Source of the DNA: Dipteris shenzhenensis | Lineage: Eukaryota | DNA length: 64,000 bases | Assembly (NCBI GenBank): GCA_047967505.1 | Contig: CM106538.1 | Strand: one strand, 5' to 3' | Shown here: positions 13,901-25,200 of the stretch, piece after piece | Position numbering within the stretch: position 1 is the first letter of the stretch | Layout of the letters: every line of letters begins with the position of its first letter | Made by a program: the position numbers and the translations under genes | The notes under the pieces: model-generated | The model's input: the letters and a program-made list of their open reading frames with translations, nothing else | Databases searched by the model: none | Told to the model about the DNA's origin: nothing

Positions 13901-16900
13901 CAACATTGTTAGTAGTTCTAGTAGTGATTCAGAGGATGCTACAATGTTGAATGCACAACTTGCAAGTGTGGTTACTGCTTTGAATCAATTGGCTCAGAAC
14001 TTAGCTCTTGTAGTTCGAAGTAATGCCAAGAAGAAGGAATCGAAGAAGCATAAGCATGGAAAGAGTGAACACACTCATGCATTAGCTTCTCATAGTGGAC
14101 AGCCATCAAGAATGACACAAAAGGTTACTTGTAAGGAGGAAGAACCTCCCAAAAGAGCTCCAGAGATTGATGTACAAAACGTACAGCCAATGCAACAGCT
14201 AGAACAGCCAGTACAGGGTCTTGGTTTGGGTACCTCCACTCTCAAAACAATAATGTATAGTACATAAATGTAGCTCAGCCATCACAACCATATTCGAGGG
14301 AGCGACCTGGGTATTTTGGCTTAGATTCTATCTTTGATGCTATGCTGATTCAGCCAGCAGCTGCTCCCAAAAAGCAAGTGATGTAAGACAATGTTGGCAT
14401 GCAGCCATGTATGCAACCCACAATACTTGTTGCCGTGCCTATTGTTGAGCCAAGCATGGCTATCCCTAGTAAAGGGAATACTGCAAATGTACAGCCACCA
14501 TTTGGACAGCCAACATCCAGTGTTTATAAGGAATTCAAGGATGGTGGTTCTCATGTCAAGTTTGAGTCATATAATGGAGTACAAGATAGGTACAAAGCCC
14601 TCACATTTCTTCAACAGTTTGATGTTGCATTTCTTGGTGGTTTGTTTACGGAGGCATCTAAGATCAGAAAGGTTGTCACGGGGGCGTGAAATTCTAATTG
14701 CTTCAATGTGCTACGAGACAGTGACAAATTTGGCTTTAAAGGCATTCAAAGGAATTAAAGAGTGGGTTGATGGAAATGATGACATGGCAGGGTCACCCTG
14801 ACATGTGGCAACTTCAGTGGCCACCCTAGAGGGCCAGGTCGTTTGGCCTCTCCCAAAACCGCTCTAGGCCACTCTAGAGCATTCAGGAGGTGGTTTTTGA
14901 CTTTTCTAGATGGGTTTGGTTATTTCTAGTGTTTTTGAGGCTTCTCTTCCAAGAACTGAAATTTCTTCATGCTTTTGTAACCCTCACACAGCTGAGTGAC
15001 GAATTTTTCCATACCTCCTCACCCACTTGGATTCCACGATCTCTGTTTGTCCCAATGGCTTCCCCTCTGCCTCCCCTACGCACTTATACCCTTTTCTTGA
15101 AAGGTGTTTTGTAGATTTGGATGCTCCTAGCACATTTCCTGCTGGTCGATTTTTCTGAGCAGCACTTTTTCGCATCTCTCCACTCCCTCAGCCCCCTGGA
15201 TCCTTCTTGTTGGGGGCCTACTTTTTGCTACATTTGGAGCATTCCTTCTTGCTGGTCGACTGTTTTGCTCAGTTTTGGAGCACTTTCCGGTGATGAAATT
15301 CTCCCAACAGCTGCGCAACGCATCCTCTCTGAAGCACACTATTTAAGACCAAGATCTCCAACTTCTTCGCGACGAGTGTTCCAATTTGGCTTTTTTGACT
15401 GAATTCTTGCTGGTCGACTTTTTTGATTGCTTCCTCTTCATGTATTTGCACTTCTCTTTGGCTGAGAATGCAAATGGACATTGGCTACAGCATGCTTTTC
15501 ATGTTTGAAGATTTGGTTCAAGCTTTTAGTGCTTGGTGAGTGGTATTTGGGTTATTGCAATCTCTTTCTATTGCAATCTTTTGGTGGCTGGCCTCGTGTG
15601 CAGCCCTTTCTTTGGCACCTTGGTAGTGTCACAATGGTCTCTCTGTGATTGGGTACTGTGCTGGTTTTTCTCTCTTGATGCTTTGGTGAGCACTATTGGT
15701 TGCCTATGGATGCCACTCAGTGAGTGTAGCTAGGGTGCAGAGTGTTTATGCATCTAGACAGCTATTGGAATGCACTCAGAGACAAGAATGCCTTTGGTAT
15801 ATGCCTATGGATTAACTGTACTTATGTGATGGTATTTGATGTCTGAAAGCCTTGTGAAGGCTTATTGAATCAAACTCCAGTTTCAATGTTGCAAGGAAGG
15901 TCTCCCCGATGCAACTTGTAAAAGATTCATTATGAAATATAAAGAAATACTAAAAGGGGTGCCATAGGATTTGGGGCCAATCGTGTGCACTTGTGTATGT
16001 TTTGTTGAGTAGGGGCATTCTAGCCTCCATCAATTTCAGTTATTTCTTTTATTATCAAATGGGTGAATGTTTAACAACGGTCATGCAACGGATAATGGCT
16101 GTGATAAATGCTATGTGAGCTGTAATTAAGTGCATAAGTGGTCTAAAGATTGGTTTCATTGCCCTCTGAGTGTTTGGAGGCCGGTTTCAAGATCACATCT
16201 CTGGTGACAAAAATCTTGCGTGAAGCAGGACTGTAGGGATGGTAAACTTTGCTCTCTGAAGTATACCCAACTAATATGCATTTAAGTGCCTTGTCTGACA
16301 GCTTATGTCGAAACTCAACAAGCACTTGGGCATATGCAATGCATCCAAAGACACCATAATGTTTCATTGAAGTCTTTCTCTCATGCCAAACTTCATAAGG
16401 AGTCTTTGTTTTCAAGGCCTTAGTGGGAGCCCGATTCAAAACATAGTTGGCACACATGAGAGCCTCAAGCCAAAACCTGTGAGGCAACCTTTTGCTTTTG
16501 AGCATGCATCTATCCATCTCCATAAGAGTTCGATTCTTATGCTCAGCTTTGCCATTTTGCTGAGGCGTGAGCCTCACTGTAAGCTGATGTGTGATGCCTT
16601 TCTCTTTCAAATAAGCCTCGAACGACACCCCGGATTGGGATAATGATATTGCCTTCACTTGGGTACAGAGGGGCATCTCTGTTAGATATTTGGGCTGCCA
16701 GGTTGGAGTGGGCATCTCTCCCTCACAACAGTTTGCTCCGGTGTTGGAGAGCATAAGAAGAAAGCTCCTTTTTTGGAGCTCAGCCAAACTTGACTTGGCT
16801 TCCAGGGTGGTGGTGGTTAATCAGGTTCTTCTAGCCACAGCGTAGTTTGTTTGCTCTTGTTGGTGCCACTCTAGGGATTGTATCACTCAGCTTAAGAGGC

Positions 16901-19140
16901 TCGTACAAAACTTTTTATGGAGTGGTCTAGATGGCACAACTGATGTTACAGCCAGGGTGGCTTGGGAGACCTTGATTCTTCCTACAAGAGAAGGGGGTTT
17001 GAATATCATCGACCCGGATCTACACTGCAGAGACTTACTTTGCAAGGTCGTTGTGAGAGGACTTATGCCAGGGCAAGAGCCTTGGAAGGATTTCTTTATC
17101 AGATGCATACAGTCTCGCACGCCCACTTCAGGAGAGGATTGGACGCATAGCACCAGATGGGTTTTCACCACAGCCCACCTCAGATCTCCCTCTTCCCCTC
17201 TTATGGTTGCTATCCTGAAAGCATGGGCCAGCTTCAGGAGTACACTTCGCAAGATTCCCCCATCCACCCGTGAAGAGATTGAAAGGCAGCCTATCATGTG
17301 GAATGACAGTATTTTGGATGAGCATGGCAGACCACTTGGAGCTTCTCCTTACATGCAGTGGCCAAGATGGGAGAGGGGCCCTGCTTCTACCGTGGGAGCA
17401 TGGAAAGCATTCAGGAAGCTTCTTGCAGGCCCACAGGCACAGATGGTTCTTAATCTGAGAGGAAGTGTAGGGAGAGTCCAGCAGATTGATGCAGCCTTGC
17501 CCTTGGATTGGGTGGACACAGATGACGTGCCTATTTCTTGCTCCACCTGGATGGGGGCATTTTTCAGATTGGGAGTTTCTTTACAGGTGATTGCTTTTCA
17601 TGACACACATGAGGATGCCTTAGTCTTTGATGTTTCTTCAGGGGGTAGGCTGTCCAAATCCACAGAAGATATGTTGTTGGAGGTACCGTTTCAGCCAGTC
17701 AGGATAGTGGGCTTCATGGAGCATGGCTCTCTTTCACAGTGGTACTTGGATCGTGACCCGCTTCTCATTGCCCTGGGCTCATGGAGGCTGTGGCTGTATG
17801 GAGGTTTTTGCAGTGGGACCCTGGGAATGGGAATGGATAGATGAAGGGCACCGAAAGAAGGGCATCCCCTTCTTTCGTTACACGGTCAGTAATGCCAGGA
17901 AATTCCAGCTCAGCTCTAGGGGTTGGAGGCCTACCAGAGCTCCTCATTGGGTGAACTTTCAGATTTCTGCTGACTTGCAGAGAATTTTTTGGCAGAGGCT
18001 CTAGGAATCCCACCGGAAAAGAAAAATCACTTTCTTCTTTTGGCTTTCTATTCATGGTGGGATAGCAGTGAATCATTGGAGATCCAGGTTTGGGGCTGAC
18101 CCTACGTGCCCTCATTGCCTTTCTGCTTCGGAGACAATACAACACTGCCTTTGGGATTGCAGACAGGTGAGAACCATATGGAAGGGGATTGCAAGACTTT
18201 CAGCTTTTTTGTTCGCCTCCCCTTCTATATGACCCGGGGATTAGTGGATTGGCTCACTCTTTTAGGGCCGCAGGTTTTCTTTGAGAGACATGACTCCTCT
18301 TGGGCTCTTCACATCCGACGATACCTTATGGAGTCGTGCTCTCTAGAGGATGTTCCGGCCACTTTCTTCAGGGCTGCTCATTCCTCGGTTGACTCTCCAT
18401 GGGAGATCTTAGCTAGCATTGTAGCATGGCACATTTGGAGAGCGAGATGCACTGAGGCTTTAGAGGGTTCTCAGGTTCACCCTTCTCAGATCTTGGCCAG
18501 TACTTGGACAGATACGGTACACACTCTGATGGCCATTTGGGCGACCATGCAGGGATCCTCTCGAGCAGCCTCCTCCAGGAGAGTTGCTTTTCTCAAAGAT
18601 TGGAGAGACTCTCCCTTCTTTGTTGAGACTTCTACAGGGTTGAGTTGGCATTTTCATGTTGGAATCGAAGTCCTAGTGTGTGTGGTCCTAGAGTCCTAGG
18701 AGTGTCCTACAGTTGTGTGTGTGAAGAGTCTTGAGGCCACTTATGCCACCTCATGTGGTAGGTGTGATTCCTCCCCTAGATTATAGGATCTAGATTCTCT
18801 TGTGTGTGACCTCATCTATGAGGTGTCTGTGTGGGAAGATAAGGCTTGCCCAGCCTATAAACGAGGCTGTGTACTTGCTGTGAATATACCATCTATCAAT
18901 CTATCAACATCAGTTCGTGCCTCAGATCTTGTCTCTCACCCTCTCCCCATTTTCAACAGTTGGTATCAGAGCAGGTCTTCCCTGACTGAGCCTTGCCTCA
19001 TCGCCATGTCTGTGTGATAACATTACCACACGTCGCCATGTCTACGTTGCTGACCAGCAGGCCGTTCCGAATCCGCCCAAAGAGGGGCTTGCGTCTGATT
19101 AGCTAGTTGGTGAGGCAACGGCTTACCAAGGCGACGATGA

Positions 19141-19176
<36 letters not shown>

Positions 19177-19177
19177 T

Positions 19178-19216
<39 letters not shown>

Positions 19217-22200
19217 AAATCTTCCGCAATGGGCGAAAGCCTGACGGAGCAATGCCGCGTGGAGGAGAATGCCCGCTATCTTCCCTGATGCTGCGTCATT
19301 CTGCCCGTCCTCCCTCGCAGTTTGCTCATGCCTCCCTCGCAATCTGCTCACGCATCCTTCGTAATCCTACCCGCTACCTCTCTCCTCCGCTGGGCCACTC
19401 TAGTTCCACATGAGCTCCTACCCAAGCCTCATCATCGACTGCTCTTTAGCATCAGCTCAGTATGACACTATTCTGCCTACGTGGTTCACCTCTCTTGATG
19501 CTGCAACTACTTGTTTCCTCACCGAATCTGCATCCACAAGAGGATATGTATGCCGATTCTTCCTAGTACTTGGACAGGGCGTATCCTGCCATTTGCTGTT
19601 CACGATCTGTTGTCCATGATTCGGCTCATTGATTCCTTGCTGCCTCCCTGTCTCTTGAGGATGCCTTGATGCAGTAGCAGCCCTGCTCTATCTCTATTCA
19701 GACCGACTTGAACCCTGCTCTAAGTTGAAGCTCGCAGCAATTCAGTCGTCATTTTGACTGCCTCAGGCCCTGTTCGTGACCCATTTCCTGCCCGAAACCC
19801 TAATTTTCGCCCCTTTACAATTTATGCTCAACTTCTCGAATTTTTTGGGTGTTTTCATGATGTGAGGGTTCCCAACTGTTGAACGAGAACTCTTCTGTCA
19901 GAAATTTAGAAAAGCCCCAATTTTCTGCAAACCCTAATTTTGCAGCAACCCTAACCCTAAAATTTAGGGCTTTTCTGTTTTGTGTCTTCCTTTGGCATAA
20001 TTGAAGCTTCTTTTTGCCAAATTCATGTAATTTCATCACCATTTGGTACATTCATTTGGGAATTTTGCCCCCCTCCTTGGGCCTAATTGCTCAAACTTGA
20101 GATTCTTCTCCGACATTTGGTGACTCTCACTCTGTCACTTTGAGAGTCATGGGCTGATTGTCCCATGTAGCTGCTCCCATGGCCGACATCGACATATCTT
20201 CCGGGCATTCCCGTTATGCGCTTCATCGACACTTCATCGATACGGGGGAATGTGCACACTCTTGAGCAAGCAGCTACTTCGGACTTATGCGGGTTCTCCG
20301 CCCTTGCTATGCATAAAATGAATATATATTTTCTATATTCCTCATGTGTGTTAGGTACTCTGCCTTGGGTAGTCCCCCTAAAATGATGTAATAATTTGTC
20401 ATTTTGTGTGCCTTGTCCTATAAAAGACTCCACTTATTTCCATGTACCCAGTTAGGAGACAGGGGGGGTTGTTGTGTCTTTCCTTTATCAGGCCTGGCCG
20501 AGTTCCAGGATGTTGGTGTACTCCCTAGACCTATGAGTTGGTCATGCATCCATGCTCAGATTTGAGTCTCTGATCACGTTGACACCTAAGCCATGAGAGT
20601 GCTTGGTTCAACCTCTGAATTATGCTCAGCTGTTAGCCTCTGAGATTGCCTGGGATGCACAGTTTGGATGATGTCATAATTTCCCACCCTAGCTCCGAAG
20701 GGGGGTTTGTTGGAATCGGAGTCCTAGTATGTGTGGTCCTAGTGTGTGTGGTCCTAGAGTCCTAGGAGTGTCCTATAGTTGTGTGAGTGTGAAGAGTCTT
20801 GAGGCCACTTATGCCACCTCATGTGGTAGGTGTGATTCCTCCCCTAGATTATAGGATCTAGATTCTCTTGTGTGTGACCTCATCTATGAGGTGTCTGTGT
20901 GGGAAGATAAGGCTTGCCCAGCCTATAAAAGAGGCTGTGTACTTGCTGTGAATATACCATCTATCAATCTATCAACATCAGTTCGTGCCTCATATCTTGT
21001 CTCTGACCCTCTCCCCATTTTCAACATTTCAGCCTCAGCGTTGGTTTGTTTCTGCCTCATTCTTCTGAGGTGTTTTTTATTACATGCTCAGCATGTTGTA
21101 TTTCCGCACAGAGCTTGTTGTAGCGAGTTTCTTTCTTACTTAATAGAAGTCTCTTTTTTGCAAAAAAAAAAAAAAAAGGCCTCAAATTCCTGAGACATAT
21201 ATTGCCTCCTCTATCTGTGCGTAGAATCTGAACTGTGAGTCGTGTTTCATTTTCAACCTCTGCCACAAAGTGTCGATAACACTTAAACACATCTGATTTT
21301 TTCTTTTAACCATAGACCCAAGTGTAGTTTGAGTAGTCATCAATGAATGTGACATAATAGAGATAACCACCCAATGCAGGAGTCCTCATGGGACCACAGA
21401 CATCACTATGAATGAGCTGTAATTTTCAAACTGCTCGTACTGCATCATCCTTCTTGAAGGGAAATCTGTGCATCTTTCCAAGCATCCACCCTTCACAAGC
21501 ATGAGGGTGAGGTGACTCCAAGGGAGGCAAAGCATCAACCATAGAATGCTTTTTCTAGATACGGTCATAACTCATATGCCCATATTTAGCATGCCATAAT
21601 TCTGTATTCTGCATAGCAACAGTGGGAGAAGAAATTGCATGTGCATCATCTAGTCTTTTCTAAAAAACATCAAGCTAAAAAAGACCACGAAACAGCATGC
21701 CATATAGCCTCAAGGCCCTCAAGGCATAATCATCTTCTCTATCTCGAACTGCACACTTGTCATCTTCAAAGAGAACCAGAATTCCTCTTTTATTGAGAGA
21801 GGACACTGAAAGCAAAATCTTCTTGATTCCAGGTACATAAAGCACATCATGAATTCTGAAATTTGTGCCATCTGTGGCTGTAAGTACAATCTCACCAATA
21901 CTTTTTCCAGCGGGTGATGGATGCAGAGAATCAAACAAACACTTCCTGGAAGTGATATGTTTGGTGGCACCATTATCAAAGTACCAATTATTCAATGTCT
22001 CATTGACATTGAAAGTGCATGAATCCTTAGAAGGATCATAACTGCAAGTCAGAAAAGCATAAGTGTCATCCTCAGATGTGGCTGTAATTTCCGGAGCAGC
22101 CATCTGAAAATCAGAAATGCAAGTAAAAAAGGCATAGTCTTCTTCCACTAAGTTGGCTGAAGCATCACCATCATGTGCTTGAGGAGCTGAATCTGTGACA

Positions 22201-25200
22201 GCCATACTTGAATCCTTTTTCTTTTCCTTGGCAATTCTTTTCTGCATTCTCCTATGTAGTGACCCGGCTTCTTACAATAACGACAAATGCCCTTTCTTTT
22301 GGGCTTCTCTGCATTACTCTTAGCCTTGTGAGACGCCTGTCCAGGATCAGTTTTATGCTGATGTGTAGGCTGATTTGCATGCTACTTATGCTGCCCCTTA
22401 CCTTTGGGCTTGAATTTTGAAAGCATGGCATGCTCACCAGCCTGTGAAGCCATGTTCTTCTTGGTTTGTTCTTCGTGCAAAAAATCTCTATCAACTCATA
22501 AAAGGTGAGAGGATGGCCACCCCCCCCTCAAAGACAGGTTCAATGAGGTGTGAAAACCAAGATAAGACTCAAGAAGAATATTCAAAGTGGTAGTAACCAT
22601 CTGTGAATTTGGAATGATCTCATCAATATTCAACAATTGGTCTCGCAAATCCTGAAGTTTAGTGAGGTGCTCAGACATAGAGTCACCCTCATCCATATGA
22701 GTACGAGTCAACTCTCTCTTCAAGATAGAGACCCTGGCATCATTGTGGGCTGAAAACATACTCTCCATAACATCCCAAGCTGCCTTTGAGGTTTTGCATG
22801 ACCGAATGTGCGGAATAAGAAACCTTTTGACAGAAAGAGAGATTACTATAAGTGGTTGTGCATCACGTGAATCCCACCTTTTCTATTCCTGTGTGGGAGG
22901 CACCACTGCAGCAGCTACTGCACCTAGCACTTAACCTGCACCTTGAGCTTGTCCTCTACCCCTTCCTCTACCTTGTTGAGGAGTGGTAGGTGCAACCACA
23001 TTCTTTGGCCGTGTCTCATCCCCATCGACATAATCCCACAAATGTTTGGCAACTAGAAATTGGTACCATCCAACTTATCCTCCTGTGTGAGGACGCCAAA
23101 CATTTCATTGGGATTGTTCTGGGACATAATTGCCAAAGAAAACAAAATTTAGCAAATGTGATAGGAATATCCCTTCGGATTTCCAATGCACAACCCAAAA
23201 TTGCCAAAAAACCTGTCAACAAAGGCAACTTATTGTCAAAGCCAATCAAAGGCTCAAAATGCACCCAAAATGTCCAATGTCTGCAATTTCACTCAAACTA
23301 AGTCCAAAAGTGCCTGCAACAGTCCCAAACAGATAGAACATTGTCAAATTGCATCCGAATGCCAAAAGCCCCAAATTTATCAGGGAAATTGCATCCAAAA
23401 GAGTGCACATTAATGGAAAGCTGCAAATTTGGAGACAATTGCAAGGCAAAACCAAAAGCCCCAAATTTTGTGGGTAGATTGGGTTGAAATTGGGGCAATT
23501 TCACTCAAACTAAGTCCAAAAGTGCCTGCAACAGTCCCAAACAGATAGAACATTGTCAAATTGCATCCGAATGCCAAAAGCCCCAAATTTATCAGGGAAA
23601 TTGCATCCAAAAGAGTGCACATTAATGGAAAGCTGCAAATTTGGAGACAATTGCAAGGCAAAACCAAAAGCCCCAAATTTTGTGGGTAGATTGGGTTGAA
23701 ATTGGGGCGAATCATGTCATTTCAGTACTGTGGACCATACAGAATACACATCTCAGACTGTAGAGGACGAAGAGGAGCTGCTGCTCCTCCCCGTTCCCCT
23801 GCTGCTCCCCCTCCCTCAGCCCGTCCCTCCCTTCTCCCCTCAGCCTGTCCCTCGCCCCCTCCCTGCTGCTCCGCCCCCTCCCCCCTCCTGCTGCTCCGCC
23901 CCCTCCCCCTGCCTGTCCCTCGTCCCCTCCCCCCTGCTGTTCCGCACCCTCTCCCTGTTCCGCCCCCTCTCCCTGCTTCCGCCCCCTCCCCCCTGCTGTT
24001 CCGCCCCTTCTCCCTGCTTCCGCCCCCTCCCCCCTGCTGTTCCGCCCCCTCCCTGCTGTTCCGCCCCCTCCCTGCCTGCTCTCCCGCCCCCTCTCTTCCT
24101 CTCAGCCCTCTCCCTACCTCTCAGCCTGCTCCCCCCCGCCTCTTCCCTGCTTCTCCGCCCCCTCCCCCCCCCCCTCTCCTCCCCTTCCCTTCTCTCCTTC
24201 CTCTCCCTCTCCCTCTCCTTCTTCTCCACTCCCTCTCAGCCCTCCCCTCCAGTGCCCCCTCCCTCCCTCTCAGCCTGCCCGTTTCCCCCCTCAACCCCTC
24301 TCCTCCTCCCCTTGCCCCCTGCTTCCTCCTGGCCTCCTTTCCCCTCCTTCTCCCCCCTTTTCTCCCGCAGCTTATTTGGAACGGAAGGAGCATTTATTTT
24401 GTTAGAGTCGGCCTCCCCACCTTGATTGGCGATGGATACCCCGTCAGCCAATCCTACTCCACCTCCACTGGCCGTGAAAACTATCACTTTCTCTAAAGAC
24501 GAGTTGCAGCAGCTCAAGAAGGATGTAGAGATTGAATGCTCTACCACGTTGTTAGCACGCATCTTCGGGTCTCACCCCTCCAGATCCCAAGCCAGAGACT
24601 GGATGCTTGCGGCTCTCCCCCTAGACCTCACTCCACGATTGTTAGATGTCCGTCTTCTGGGACGAGGTTTTTTCTAGGTTGTTTTTGACACTCCAGAGGC
24701 TGCGAGCACTGTGCTCAAGGCTGAGTTTTTACTCCTGGGACACAGGAAGATTTTCTTTGAAGCCTTTCACATTGGTTTCGACCCAGTAGAGGCAGATAAG
24801 AAAATCTTCTCGCTCTTCATCAGTTTCCCGGGCTTCCCCAGGTTTACCATCGACTTCTTTCTGTTATTGGGGAGCATTTTGGCGCAGTTGCTGAGATCCC
24901 ACCCCTTCCTGGGTTGCCATTGACTGCAGCAGAGGCAACCAAGGCTGATGGGGTTCCTAGAGTTAGGGTCCTTTGCAAGGATTCTAACCTCAAGATGGAT
25001 CACGTTATGATCCAGCGCCCGGATGGTTTCTTTTTTCGCCAGAGAGTGGAGATTTCAGGCAGGCAGGACCAGTGCAGGATTTGCAGGACCTCGGGACACT
25101 TTGCCAGGGATTGCCCCAGGAAGAAGAAAAGGCCCAAGAAGCCCTCTGGTACAGCTACCGTCCCAGGACATCGACAGGGGGGACAGGGGGGTGGATTAGA

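Larger units (their letters stand above)
16620..21177 (+). mobile_element. 5'-truncated L1-type LINE (ORF2 C-terminal part), interrupted by an LTR element
   Basis: [24 protein letters not shown], zf-[25 protein letters not shown]; poly(A) 21162-21177; imperfect TSD (A-rich)GCCTC inside the Copia integrase. Confidence 0.9.

Noticed and set aside
19069-19265. Functional rRNA gene or bacterial contamination
   Set aside because: Only about 200 bp, plastid-type, and embedded between paired LTRs with a TSD in plant nuclear context.
23696-24496. Pro-rich (extensin-like) ORFs of 231-266 aa
   Set aside because: Translations of the low-complexity C-rich LINE 5' UTR, open in several frames for compositional reasons.
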